DNA from: Candidatus Bipolaricaulota bacterium
Lineage (GTDB): Bacteria > Bipolaricaulota > Bipolaricaulia > M55B111
DNA length: 64,000 nucleotides
Direction: 5' to 3'
NCBI GenBank assembly: GCA_021735245.1
Contig: JAIPHJ010000008.1
Location: 10-64,009 of the forward strand
Part shown: piece after piece, positions 39,159-48,506 of the stretch
How positions within the stretch are numbered: position 1 is the first letter of the stretch
Layout of the letters: every line of letters begins with the position of its first letter
Notes under the pieces: model-generated
Told to the model about the DNA's origin: nothing
The model's input: only the letters and a program-made list of their open reading frames with translations
The model's database searches: none
Position numbers and translations under genes: made by a program

Positions 39159-40043
39159 TTAGCCGCTCAAACTTAGAACGTACTGTTGTGCGGGACCGCT
39201 TAGTTTGACCACTACCACCAAAAAAGTGTTGCCCGGCACGGGAGCGTTACCGATAGTAGTTAGGGGTTCGGTAGAGGCGGGAGCGTCACAGGAAACTTCT
39301 ATTCCTCCTCCGGTAGGGAGAACGGAAGCGCAGAAATTAAGCGAGGAGCTGACTACCAGAAGGACCATAGGAGAGGAAGGTCGATCCCACGTAGCTACGG
39401 CCCTTAATTGACCGGGGCCGTTGATCCAGTAAGCCGTGGCGGTAAAGCCGCTCCCGAGTGAACCTATCAACATGGGATCAGCTACGTTACCCAGTTTTGG
39501 ATTGTTCCTGCTTCCCTGAATTTCCAGCTCCGCTCCGCTCCTGCTGAGCTGGTTTAGTACCTCCTGCGGACTGGATCCAGGCGAGATACCCTGCAGCCTC
39601 GAAGGAAGTCGAGCTCGGCCCTGCCCGGGCTGGGGATGTTGGTCCTCCTCGGGCGGTTGCTCGCCTTCCGAGAATGCGGAAATTTGGCCGCAACGATACT
39701 CCTCTCTTTCTCCCATTTCGACTTGAACGCTGAATTCCCGTTCCCTGTCGTCTCGACCACTTACGGCTACGGCAGTGGGCCTGTTATTGAGTTCGAAAGT
39801 GAAGGTCCTGGTTTGGTCCAACTCGACTGACCGGGCAGGAGAGAACACCTTGAGGCCTATCGGAAATCCACCCCGCTGAAACGTGAATTTGGAAATCCCG
39901 ACTGGACCTTTACATGACGTGTTACTGACCCTAACTCTTGTAGTCACGGCCGTTGAAGTTTGGCTCGTCGCTATAATCGCAATTCCGACGAACAGGACGG
40001 CCACTAAAACAAAGGTTTTTGTTTTCGGATGCCTTGAAAACAT
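39159..40043 (-). CDS. Secreted two-domain hypothetical protein with Pro/Gln linker
   Basis: N-terminal signal sequence, two Cys pairs, linker QPPEEDQHPQPGQG; AGGAGTGA RBS. Confidence 0.7.
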   Translation of the reverse strand: MFSRHPKTKTFVLVAVLFVGIAIIATSQTSTAVTTRVRVSNTSCKGPVGISKFTFQRGGFPIGLKVFSPARSVELDQTRTFTFELNNRPTAVAVSGRDDREREFSVQVEMGEREEYRCGQISAFSEGEQPPEEDQHPQPGQGRARLPSRLQGISPGSSPQEVLNQLSRSGAELEIQGSRNNPKLGNVADPMLIGSLGSGFTATAYWINGPGQLRAVATWDRPSSPMVLLVVSSSLNFCASVLPTGGGIEVSCDAPASTEPLTTIGNAPVPGNTFLVVVVKLSGPAQQYVLSLSG

Positions 40044-40116
40044 TTTATCACTCCTTTTCCCTTCAGTGCTTATTTATACTCCCATCGAGTAGTTTTAAGT
40101 CAAAGATCGCATTAAA

Positions 40117-40212
40117 TCGGTTGACTGCTGGGACCTGGTTTGTGAAAGATCGCAAAAACTACTTAAAGGGGATTTTCTACGGGTCCCGTCCCCTGGAGGC
40201 GGGGTTCTTGAC
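40117..40212 (-). mobile_element. Type A left-end hairpin element
   Basis: Minus strand GTCAAGAACCCCGCCTCCAGGGGACGGGACCCGTAGAAAATCCCCTTTAAGTAGTTTTTGCGATCTTTCACAAACC..CCCAGCAGTCAACCGA. Confidence 0.7.
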
Positions 40213-40426
40213 AAGCGTACCCGACATCGAAATCAATAAGTTCAAAAGACCTTCTTCGCGATAATGATAATCACTGTTATGTTCATTGCAAAAAGCGACA
40301 GAAACTGCAATGACAAAAAATGTTCGAAAAAATACGTCAGGTAGTTCGTAGAGGGGAGCGATAGTAAAGGGGAGAGCAATCAATTCAAAAAATTCCGGTC
40401 CCCCGGATTCAAGTACTTGCCCGGGT

Positions 40427-40897
40427 TTATTTCAGTTTATTCAGTTCCACTCTTAGAATCTCGTAGTGCTCCCTTTCGTTTGAAGCCAGAAAACCCAGCA
40501 GCCTGCGGACCTCCTTGTCCTCGAACTCGTCAATCAGTTCCCTGTAAAACTTTTCCGCGTTCCGCTCTGCCTCTATCGCTTCTTCGATTATCTTCCTGGG
40601 AGTGGTTTCTCCGGAGGTCTCTTCCGGAACCTCTACCCCAGAACGTTCCGGAAGGGGAATTTCTTCGTCGGGAAAGAAATCGTCGAAAGTGGACCGCAAC
40701 TTTTCCTCGTGGTTTTCTTCCTGAGTTATAAACCTTTCTATTATGGGTGCGGTTTCATCGGGAAGGTCCTTTTCGAGCAGGTTACGGTAGATATCGGCTT
40801 CCTCGAGTTCGGTTCTTACGGCCCTCCCCAGCAGTTCCTGGAGCGAGACTTCAAAATTGAACAGATCGAAGGGAGACGAATCTTTTTCCCTGTTCAT
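40427..40897 (-). CDS. Rubrerythrin/ferritin-like protein
   Basis: Two E..Y / E..H di-iron half-sites (TELEEADIY..QEENH; AERNAEKFY..NEREH). Confidence 0.85.
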   Translation of the reverse strand: MNREKDSSPFDLFNFEVSLQELLGRAVRTELEEADIYRNLLEKDLPDETAPIIERFITQEENHEEKLRSTFDDFFPDEEIPLPERSGVEVPEETSGETTPRKIIEEAIEAERNAEKFYRELIDEFEDKEVRRLLGFLASNEREHYEILRVELNKLK

Positions 40898-41062
40898 AAT
40901 TTTACCTCCTTCTTATAGATTCAAATTTAAAGGGTAGTTAAAACATTTGTCTCTTCCCAGGGTAACCGTTACTCTGTGAAGTGTAATGGAAAGGAAGTTC
41001 GCAGCCAATTTAACTTCGGGAAACGTCCAGTAACTGTAATTAATCAATTCGGGGTGGTGGAG

Positions 41063-41578
41063 ATGGCACTCAAGGAACTCCTTTTATTGGGCGACGAGAA
41101 GTTGCGGCAGGAGTCGGAACCCGTTTCCGATATTTCCAAAAGCAGCGTTGAAAAAATTAAAAAGGATTTACACGATACTCTCACCGACCTCCAGGACCAG
41201 TACGGAATGGGCCGGGCTCTCGCTGCCCCTCAGATTGGCCATCTAAAGCAGATCATATATTACAATTATGACGGTGAATCCTTTTATATGATAAACCCCC
41301 GAATAGTTGCAGAAAGCTCGGAGAAGTTCCAGGTGTGGGACAGTTGTTTCAGCTTCAACCTGGCTTTCTTCGTGCAAATTCCCAGGAGCAAAAACGTAAC
41401 CGTTAAATATCTAAACGGAGAAGGCGCTAACCGAGAGGTGCAGGCAGAGCTGGAAGAAGCCGAATTATTCCAGCACGAAATTGATCATTTAAACGGAAAG
41501 TTGGCAGTAGACCACCTGCAATCACCCGCCGACATAATTACCCGCGAGGAATGGGAAAAACGCACCGAATCGGATTAG
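41063..41578 (+). CDS. def: Peptide deformylase family protein (variant motifs)
   Basis: GRALAAPQIG, INPRI, DSCFS, QHEIDHLNG; start moved to the ATG after GGTGG. Confidence 0.8.
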   Translation: MALKELLLLGDEKLRQESEPVSDISKSSVEKIKKDLHDTLTDLQDQYGMGRALAAPQIGHLKQIIYYNYDGESFYMINPRIVAESSEKFQVWDSCFSFNLAFFVQIPRSKNVTVKYLNGEGANREVQAELEEAELFQHEIDHLNGKLAVDHLQSPADIITREEWEKRTESD

Positions 41579-41590
41579 AACCCCTTAGAA

Positions 41591-42691
41591 TCAACTACCG
41601 CCTTTCAGGTATCGAGGAAAGAACTTCCTGGTTTTGTTGGCGATGAAGACCAGGGTCAACATGACCGGCACCTCGACGAGCACGCCGACGACCGTGGCCA
41701 GGGCCGCTCCGGAAGCGACTCCGAAAACGGAGATGGCTACTGCCACCGCCAGTTCGAAGAAGTTGCTGGCCCCGATCATGGAAGCTGGTGCCGCGATATC
41801 GTGATCCAGGTTCCAGAGGTAGGACCACCCGTAAGCAATAGAGAATATAGTAAATGTGAAGAGCACCAGCGGAATTGCAATCAGTAAAATATGCAGCGGG
41901 TTGTTAATTATCTTATCACCTTGGAAAGAGAAGAGTAGTATCAGGGTAAGCAACAAGCCGGCCGTCGGGAAGGTATCTATTTTCTCCAGAAAAACGTCTT
42001 CGAACCAGGACTCACCGTACTTGCCTATAAGGTAATTCCTCGAGAGGTAACCGGCGATCAGAGGGATGACCACGAACAACACCACCGAAAGTATTAAGGT
42101 ATCGTACGGGACCGTTATACCTCCGATACCCAGGAGGAAAGTGACCAGAGGTACGTAAGCAAACAGCAGGATCACGTCGTTGGTAGCTACCTGGACCAGC
42201 GTATAAGCAGGGTCACCGTCGGAAAGGTAACTCCAGACGAATACCATCGCCGTACAGGGAGCGGATCCCAGAAGTACTGCGCCGGCTATATACTGGTCCT
42301 GGAGGACGGACGATATAAATGGGGAAAACAGTTTAGTCATAAACAACCAGAACAGGAAATACATCACGAACGGCTTTATCAGCCAGTTCGAGGTCCAGGT
42401 TACGAGCAAACCCTTAGGTTTCTTCCTTACGTCCAGAACGCTCTGGAAGTCGATCTCGACCATCATCGGATATATCATGAACCAGATGAGTACTGCAACC
42501 GGTATGTTAACCCGGGCGTACTGAATTTCGCCCAGAACGTTCGGGATTACCGGAACGTACCTGCCGACCATCACACCGAGCCCTATGCATATAGCCACCC
42601 AGACCGAGAGATATTTTTCGAAGAAGGTCAGTTCTCTGCCCAGCCCTTCGGCGTCTTCCTTGACTGAATTGTCGTTCTTTTGTTCTTTCAC
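41591..42691 (-). CDS. acr3: Arsenite efflux transporter Acr3
   Basis: FFEKYLSVWV, MIYPMM, APCTAMVFVWS, ASNFFELAVAVA, GVLVEVPVM. Confidence 0.95.
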   Translation of the reverse strand: MKEQKNDNSVKEDAEGLGRELTFFEKYLSVWVAICIGLGVMVGRYVPVIPNVLGEIQYARVNIPVAVLIWFMIYPMMVEIDFQSVLDVRKKPKGLLVTWTSNWLIKPFVMYFLFWLFMTKLFSPFISSVLQDQYIAGAVLLGSAPCTAMVFVWSYLSDGDPAYTLVQVATNDVILLFAYVPLVTFLLGIGGITVPYDTLILSVVLFVVIPLIAGYLSRNYLIGKYGESWFEDVFLEKIDTFPTAGLLLTLILLFSFQGDKIINNPLHILLIAIPLVLFTFTIFSIAYGWSYLWNLDHDIAAPASMIGASNFFELAVAVAISVFGVASGAALATVVGVLVEVPVMLTLVFIANKTRKFFPRYLKGGS

Positions 42692-42725
42692 GCGAAAAAC
42701 ACCACCTGTAATTACTTACAAAAGT

Positions 42726-43121
42726 CTATTCGTCGCCTTCGTCGTCCGGATGTCCCGTGACGCATTTTCCGTTTTCTCTGCGGTAAATTCTTTCTCGCAG
42801 GCGCTTTTCGTCCTCTCTAAAAGTTTCACCGTCCAGGACTTCACCAATCGTTTCCAGTATAGCCTGAGCGCCGGATCCCGCGTCGTAGGAGAGGCTGTAA
42901 TAAGACCATACTCCGTCCTTTCTACTATCGACGAGGCCGATCCGTTTGAGCCTGTTGAGGTGTCGGGAGACCGTATACTCAGGAAGTTGCAGCGCGTCTT
43001 CGAGTTCGCAGACACAGGGCTCTTCCTCGGAAGTTAGCAATAGATTCAGCAGCCTCAATCTAGTTTCGTTCGATAGCGACTGGAGCAATTCCTCCGTTTC
43101 CGCCAGGTTCAAGTTTGACAC
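42726..43121 (-). CDS. arsR: ArsR/SmtB metalloregulator
   Basis: TRLRLL..PCVCEL..VSRHL..L..GLV..RKDGVWSYY. Confidence 0.9.
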   Translation of the reverse strand: MSNLNLAETEELLQSLSNETRLRLLNLLLTSEEEPCVCELEDALQLPEYTVSRHLNRLKRIGLVDSRKDGVWSYYSLSYDAGSGAQAILETIGEVLDGETFREDEKRLRERIYRRENGKCVTGHPDDEGDE

Positions 43122-43126
43122 CCTTT

Positions 43127-43156
43127 ATGTAAGTATGTACTTTCCTACATATTATA
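43127..43156 (-). promoter_or_regulatory. ArsR-type operator abutting the -10 box
   Basis: 24-bp imperfect palindrome ATGTAAGTATGTACTTTCCTACAT at 43127-43150; TATAAT on the minus strand at 43151-43156. Confidence 0.7.
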
Positions 43157-43265
43157 GATAAGAAGAGAACTTTTCAACAGGTTCAACGCAGGTGATCCGG
43201 GGGGTCAGCAGCACTCGAAGCTTTTTATTAACCTCCGGTGTCGCGATTCCCTTAAATATCCCTTC

Positions 43266-43682
43266 TTAAGCTATCTCTTCCAGCAGAGAATCGACCCTCT
43301 GTTCTATCTCGTCTCTTATCTCACGGACCTTCTCTATCCCTGCTTCTGCCGGGTCGTCGAGATCCCATTCCATATCCGTCCCATCCCAGGTGGCGGGACA
43401 GACTCCCCTGGCCGAGCATCCCATAGTAATAACGTAATTACAGTCATCCAGCTCCCCCGGTTCGGCAAATGACGGCTCGTTCGAGGAAAGATCGAACCCC
43501 TTTTCTTTCATCGCTTTCACCACCACGTCGTGAATGGCCTCGGCGGGGTCCGTACCCCCGGAAATGATTTTTACCGGGAGATCCTTTTCTTTTACTTTTT
43601 GTCGGGCGAAAGCGGCTGCCATCTGACTTCTACCGGCATTCTGAACGCATATAAAAGCCACACAATGTTTTTCTTCGGTCAT
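43266..43682 (-). CDS. arsC: Arsenate reductase (LMW-PTP type)
   Basis: CVQNAGRSQMA P-loop; TMGC..C; WDLDDP. Confidence 0.85.
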   Translation of the reverse strand: MTEEKHCVAFICVQNAGRSQMAAAFARQKVKEKDLPVKIISGGTDPAEAIHDVVVKAMKEKGFDLSSNEPSFAEPGELDDCNYVITMGCSARGVCPATWDGTDMEWDLDDPAEAGIEKVREIRDEIEQRVDSLLEEIA

Positions 43683-43745
43683 GAAACACTCCTTGAATTT
43701 TTGACCTTATCGAGAGCTCGGATAAGTAAAAAGTTTTCTGAGCCT

Positions 43746-45029
43746 TTACTTGACTTCAAACATGGGAAGGACCTTCTTTCTAATCAAAACCAATAAGAGA
43801 GAGCCAGACAGTGCTGCTCCGAAGACGATCAACGTTCCCATCAGGCTATTCATCAGCTCCGGGGCGAACAGGAAACTAACTGCCAGGGTCAACATCAGCG
43901 TACCGCCGACCAGCTTTAAGGCCCTGCCGTGTTCTTCCTGAAGCTTGCTCGACTGTAGAGTAATGCTGACCGTCCCGAATACCAGTAGCTCGTCCAGCAG
44001 GTAGATAACCATATAGATGAGGAAAAGAATTCCAAAAGTCGCCCCCGAAACCCCCTGGGTATTAAGAATGCCGGTCCAGACCACCGGGAAGCCGGCGGTG
44101 CAGGGTAACTCCGCCAGGGTAATCCCCAGGGCCATAAGAACAGTGGCCCCGACCAGTGCAGGTAGGGAGTGACTCTTCTGGGTCAAGTTCCGGAATTTAT
44201 CGGCTATTTTGGGTTTTACACTCTCGGGAATGGTGAAAGAAATTCCTTCTTTGAACCAGAAGTAGTCCTTTATGTTGACCAGTCCGAACGAGAAAGCTAT
44301 GACTGCTACGAGGACCCGGATCCATAGCAGTTGACCGATGTACTGGAAAGCGCTGAACAGGCCGAGAATGAATAGCCCGTAGGCGGATGCAGTGACCGCG
44401 AGGAAGGTCAACCCGACGATGACTATTTTCTTTCGGGACTTAGTGTAAATTAACAATCCCAGCAGGAAGGTAAGGACCCAAAGTGAACAGGGGTTAAACC
44501 CGTCGACAAACGCTATCAATGCCGTTGACATGAATGCGGACATCGAGGAAAGGTCGACCGTCCCGACGAAAGGCAAATTTATGGTCTCTTCTTTCGTGCT
44601 GGTCGGCGTTTCCGGCGCCGCGGCTTCTCCTTTGAGCTTTAACATCGGGTTCACACAGCGGTTTTCGGTACAGTACTTGACCTTTTCCTCTATTTGGTTC
44701 TCAATTTTCTTCGTGAACCCAACCCAGACGTCTCCTCCTATGAAGGTAGCCGGGACCGTTCGTATTTCTTGTCCGTACTCTTCCCCCATTTCCTTTAATA
44801 GTTTCAGGTTTTCTTCACTGTCGCGGATTTCTTTTTTTTCCACTTCGAGCGATGGGTGCCTGTTCTGTAACTTTTCGAGAAAGTCCTCCTCTTCGGCACA
44901 ACGCGGACAACCCTCCATCTTAAAAAAGTAGATAACCGTCTCGTCGTTGGTTGCACCGACAGAAAGGGAAAATAGAGATAACAGGATTAATGTTAGAACT
45001 AATCCGGAAACCTTCAGTCGATTATTCAT
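43746..45029 (-). CDS. Glutaredoxin-domain plus DsbD/CcdA-like membrane thiol-redox protein
   Basis: Signal peptide, CPRC, TVPATFIG; membrane DGFNPC and ELPCTAG motifs. Confidence 0.8.
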   Translation of the reverse strand: MNNRLKVSGLVLTLILLSLFSLSVGATNDETVIYFFKMEGCPRCAEEEDFLEKLQNRHPSLEVEKKEIRDSEENLKLLKEMGEEYGQEIRTVPATFIGGDVWVGFTKKIENQIEEKVKYCTENRCVNPMLKLKGEAAAPETPTSTKEETINLPFVGTVDLSSMSAFMSTALIAFVDGFNPCSLWVLTFLLGLLIYTKSRKKIVIVGLTFLAVTASAYGLFILGLFSAFQYIGQLLWIRVLVAVIAFSFGLVNIKDYFWFKEGISFTIPESVKPKIADKFRNLTQKSHSLPALVGATVLMALGITLAELPCTAGFPVVWTGILNTQGVSGATFGILFLIYMVIYLLDELLVFGTVSITLQSSKLQEEHGRALKLVGGTLMLTLAVSFLFAPELMNSLMGTLIVFGAALSGSLLLVLIRKKVLPMFEVK

Positions 45030-45188
45030 ATACCGGTTCTAAACCTCCGAATTGCTGCTTTCACGGGAAACCGCAAATCTTCAAAACGTTTCACGCTGGA
45101 TAGTCTCAACATTTAGGTCTTTTTGTTTTTCAGGTTCTCTTTGAAACGGTTTTTCCCTATCCAATCATCCCGGCTTAACTCCGGGGAT

Positions 45189-46121
45189 TCAAAAAACCAG
45201 ATTGAACACGAACCCGAGTACCATAATACCAACTCCGATGATGCTTCCGTAGGCGATAAGCAGGTTTCTCTTCATTACCTGTTTGAGCAGGACGAACTGT
45301 GGTACCGACAATGCCGCTACCGACATCATGAACGCGATGGACGTTCCAACCGGCAGTCCTTTGCTGATCAAACTCTCCGCCACGGGTATCACGCCCATTA
45401 TATTGGTGTAGATTGGAATCCCCAGAGCGGTGGCCGCCGGAACGGCGAACGCCCCCTGAAGCGTGTTTTGAATGAAATCTTCCGGCAGGAAGCCGTGTAT
45501 CGCCGCTCCCATCCCGACTCCTATTACCACGTAGGGAAAGATTCGGCCGACTATTTCTTTCGCGTCCACGTACGCCTCCCGAAGGCGCTTTCTGGCGGAT
45601 TTGGTTGAGTCACCAGGTTCGTCCCCGTTGGCCGAGAAGTCGAAGTCCACCACGTACCGTTCGAACCCCAGCACTTTCAGGCCGCTACCGCCGATAATCC
45701 CGACCGTCAGGCCTCCAAGTAAGTAGGCTAGCGTCAGTCCCCAGCCGAAGGTTCCGAAAAGTACGAAGACCGCGGCGGTATTTACCATAGGGGAGACGGT
45801 AAGAAACGTTATGGTCATGCCGAACGGTACCCCGGCTCCGACGAAACCGAGAAAGAGGGGGACTGTGGAGCAGGAACAGAAGGGTGAAATAACTCCCAAC
45901 CCTGCGGCCAGCACGTAACCGACCAGGGCCTTCTTGCCCTTCAGGAAGTCCCTGATCTTTTCCGGCGGAAGGTACGTCCTGAGGTAACTAACCGAAAAGA
46001 CAACTCCGAGCAGGATGACGGTAATCTTCAGCGTATCGTAGATCCAAAACTCCAGCGAAGACGCTAACCTCCCGGTTAGACCGGTTAAATGAACTAACTG
46101 AACCGCGATATATTCGAACAT
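45189..46121 (-). CDS. DUF318/ArsP-family permease
   Basis: SPFCSCSTVPLFLG, SPMVN, FMMSVAALSVP. Confidence 0.88.
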   Translation of the reverse strand: MFEYIAVQLVHLTGLTGRLASSLEFWIYDTLKITVILLGVVFSVSYLRTYLPPEKIRDFLKGKKALVGYVLAAGLGVISPFCSCSTVPLFLGFVGAGVPFGMTITFLTVSPMVNTAAVFVLFGTFGWGLTLAYLLGGLTVGIIGGSGLKVLGFERYVVDFDFSANGDEPGDSTKSARKRLREAYVDAKEIVGRIFPYVVIGVGMGAAIHGFLPEDFIQNTLQGAFAVPAATALGIPIYTNIMGVIPVAESLISKGLPVGTSIAFMMSVAALSVPQFVLLKQVMKRNLLIAYGSIIGVGIMVLGFVFNLVF

Positions 46122-46139
46122 ATAGCTTCCTGGCCTTCT

Positions 46140-46379
46140 TTAGGAAAGTACCTCTCGAATTTCCTGAGAAGAGGGCACGGTACCTTTGAACTCCACCTCG
46201 CCGTCTGCCACCAGGGCCGGGGTGCTCATTACTCCGTAGCTGGCAAACCTGGCGGGATCTTCTACCTTTACTACGTCAATTTCGTCTTCCTTCCCCATTT
46301 CCTCGACAATCCTTTCGACGTCATGTTTTAAGCTTTCGCACGTTGAACATCCGCTGCTTCCAAGTATTTCAACTTTCAC
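46140..46379 (-). CDS. Small redox-active disulfide protein (thioredoxin-like, MTH895 type)
   Basis: ILGSSGCSTC; YGVMSTPALV.DG. Confidence 0.88.
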   Translation of the reverse strand: MKVEILGSSGCSTCESLKHDVERIVEEMGKEDEIDVVKVEDPARFASYGVMSTPALVADGEVEFKGTVPSSQEIREVLS

Positions 46380-46656
46380 TTTGGTTCACCTCGTTTTGTG
46401 TTAGTTCTGTTGCTAACTCCAGCAAGTTGTTTACCTTTTCCCTGTCTCGGACTTCGCACTCGACCCGCTTGCCCACGCGTTTGGTCTTCAGTAAGCCGAC
46501 TTCTTCCAGTTTTTTCAGGTGCCTGTAAATGACGGACCTGTCCCTGTCGATAACTCCCTCCAGTTCGCAATAGCAGGTTGGCTCATCTACCTGAAGCAGG
46601 TGTTTGAGCAACTTCAATCTCTGCTCGGAGCCGAGTACTTTGAATAATCGATGCAT
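46369..46656 (-). CDS. arsR: ArsR/SmtB metalloregulator (second copy)
   Basis: FKVLG..QRLKLL..CYCEL..RHLKKLEEVGLL; start taken at MHRLFK. Confidence 0.82.
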   Translation of the reverse strand: MHRLFKVLGSEQRLKLLKHLLQVDEPTCYCELEGVIDRDRSVIYRHLKKLEEVGLLKTKRVGKRVECEVRDREKVNNLLELATELTQNEVNQSES

Positions 46657-46705
46657 TATTGCACATCCTTGCATAGAAAATAAGCCAAACAATTAGCGAT
46701 GTCAA
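46651..46705 (-). promoter_or_regulatory. Promoter and ArsR-type operator
   Basis: Minus strand TTGACA-17-TATTTT followed by the 24-bp palindrome ATGCAAGGATGTGCAATAATGCAT (46651-46674). Confidence 0.7.
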
Positions 46706-46846
46706 GGTTAATGTATTCACAATTGGGAGGTTAAACCTTTCCTTTGCTCAAATACAGCTGGCCTTATCTACCGTTAACTGGGCTTTTAGAAAATATCCGG
46801 TGGTAATTCAAAGTGATCCCTATAACAAATGTTCGACCCGGACAAC

Positions 46847-47302
46847 CTAGTATAGATCCTTCAGGTAAGGAAGCAGGGTGAACCTGATCAGAGCAAAGGT
46901 CAGGGCACTGACGATCACGAAAGCCACTTCGGGAAAACTTGCGGATATCGCCAGACCCAGAGCGGCTCCCGCCGCCGGGGGATGTTCGGCGTCGAAGAGA
47001 ACCATGAAGAACGAGGCCGACCCCACAGCTACTCCCCCGGCCACCCAGAGGGGACCAAGATACGAGCAGGCAAAACCGACTAGAGCCGCTATCACGCCCC
47101 CGCCAATTATATTCCTGGTTCTGGCCGTTCTATTGTGGGGTAGGCCGAAAACCGTAAATGCGGTCGACCCGGCGGCAGCTATCAGCACCAGACCGACCAT
47201 TCGGGTGAAGGTTATCAACAGCAGGATCGATAGCCCCGCCCCCGCGCTTTGCCAGAGGTAATTCAACCACTTTTTTATAAAGCTTTTGCTGAAGATTCTC
47301 AT
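46847..47302 (-). CDS. HPP-family membrane protein
   Basis: GSTAFTVF..P..A..RNIIGG; EHPPAAG. Confidence 0.85.
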   Translation of the reverse strand: MRIFSKSFIKKWLNYLWQSAGAGLSILLLITFTRMVGLVLIAAAGSTAFTVFGLPHNRTARTRNIIGGGVIAALVGFACSYLGPLWVAGGVAVGSASFFMVLFDAEHPPAAGAALGLAISASFPEVAFVIVSALTFALIRFTLLPYLKDLY

Positions 47303-47329
47303 TCTTATTCGGAATTTGATCCCCGGTCT

Positions 47330-47851
47330 CTACCAGGCCGCTACTTTCGTCTGTTTTGAAAGTTGTTCTTCATCCTGGTCCGTCTCGCTCAAAAGTGCTG
47401 CTACCACCGATTCCTTTATCGTATCGATATCCAGGTCTTCGGAAGTACTGAATATTCCTATTCTCGTATTCGTCTCTACCGGTGCTGAATAAATCACCGT
47501 TTTTACATTTTTGCAGATTGACATTTCGTCCATAATTACTACACCAACAGATTCTATTTCTTTTTGGAACGATTCGGGCAGTTCTTCTCTGCTGGACAGT
47601 TCTTCATGGGAAAGATCCGAAGGAATTGCCCAGGCCACTGCTTTCGTTCTTCTGCTCGTGATGCTTTTCGAAGGAGTCCATAAAATGACCTGGTTTTCTT
47701 TTAGAATACCTTCTTTAGAAAGAAGAGAACCTTCAACCCGGTTGGCTAACTTTGGACTTGCTTTGTCAAGTGTTTTGGCCGCCACAGAGCCCGCCCCCAG
47801 GACCATAAGGAATGAGAGAGTGAGTAAAAAAATCACTGTATTTTTTCTCAT
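47330..47851 (-). CDS. Secreted hypothetical protein
   Basis: Signal peptide; AAGGAGG RBS. Confidence 0.65.
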   Translation of the reverse strand: MRKNTVIFLLTLSFLMVLGAGSVAAKTLDKASPKLANRVEGSLLSKEGILKENQVILWTPSKSITSRRTKAVAWAIPSDLSHEELSSREELPESFQKEIESVGVVIMDEMSICKNVKTVIYSAPVETNTRIGIFSTSEDLDIDTIKESVVAALLSETDQDEEQLSKQTKVAAW

Positions 47852-48323
47852 CGTTATTCCCTCCTTACAACCATTTTCGACATAAAAAGTGAAAAATCAA
47901 TTTAAGGCTACTGTGCCGTATGGGAGGAATTACGAAAAAACCAATCAAGAGGTTCCTGAAAGGACGTACTCCCACCATTAGGCAGAAGTATCCAGGCGTT
48001 TTATGTAAAGGAAAAACCTTATTGAAACTTACTTTAGCCCAACGCTGAGGTGTAAACCATTTCTTAAAAGAACATAAAATACAGCTCTGGGCCTGCAGAA
48101 AATTACATCGTGTGAGTCCATATAGAGTCAGGGTATAGTATGGTTCCCGATGGCAACCTCGCCCTGAACAGAAAGGAATTCTCTCCTTTCAATATCTCTC
48201 ATGCCTGGTTCTCTCCGGAATCGAACTCGAGAAATTCGCATTTCGGGTCCAGGCCCACCTATCCCCTAATAGATCAACTTCTGTTAGCCCAGACGACTGA
48301 AAAAGGACAGGGGAGGCAAAATC

Positions 48324-48506
48324 CTAACCAAGGTCATCTTCGTTGATAACGTCCTTTTCACCCCAGGTGATGGTTTTTCCGCAATTTTCGCAATTGGTGG
48401 TGGCTTCCTGGATTCGGATAGCTCGGAAGAACTTTTTGCTCTCGACGACCTTGCTGGTGCCTGTCTCTTCCCCGCAGTGGGGGCATTCTACATTCAATTC
48501 CGGCAT
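48324..48506 (-). CDS. Small zinc-ribbon protein
   Basis: CPHC and CENC pairs; AGGGGTGA RBS. Confidence 0.7.
   Translation of the reverse strand: MPELNVECPHCGEETGTSKVVESKKFFRAIRIQEATTNCENCGKTITWGEKDVINEDDLG

Noticed and set aside
48138-48170. Possible fluoride riboswitch-like sequence
   Set aside because: Does not fit the GGCGATG..CGCC..TGATG consensus and no fluoride-related gene follows
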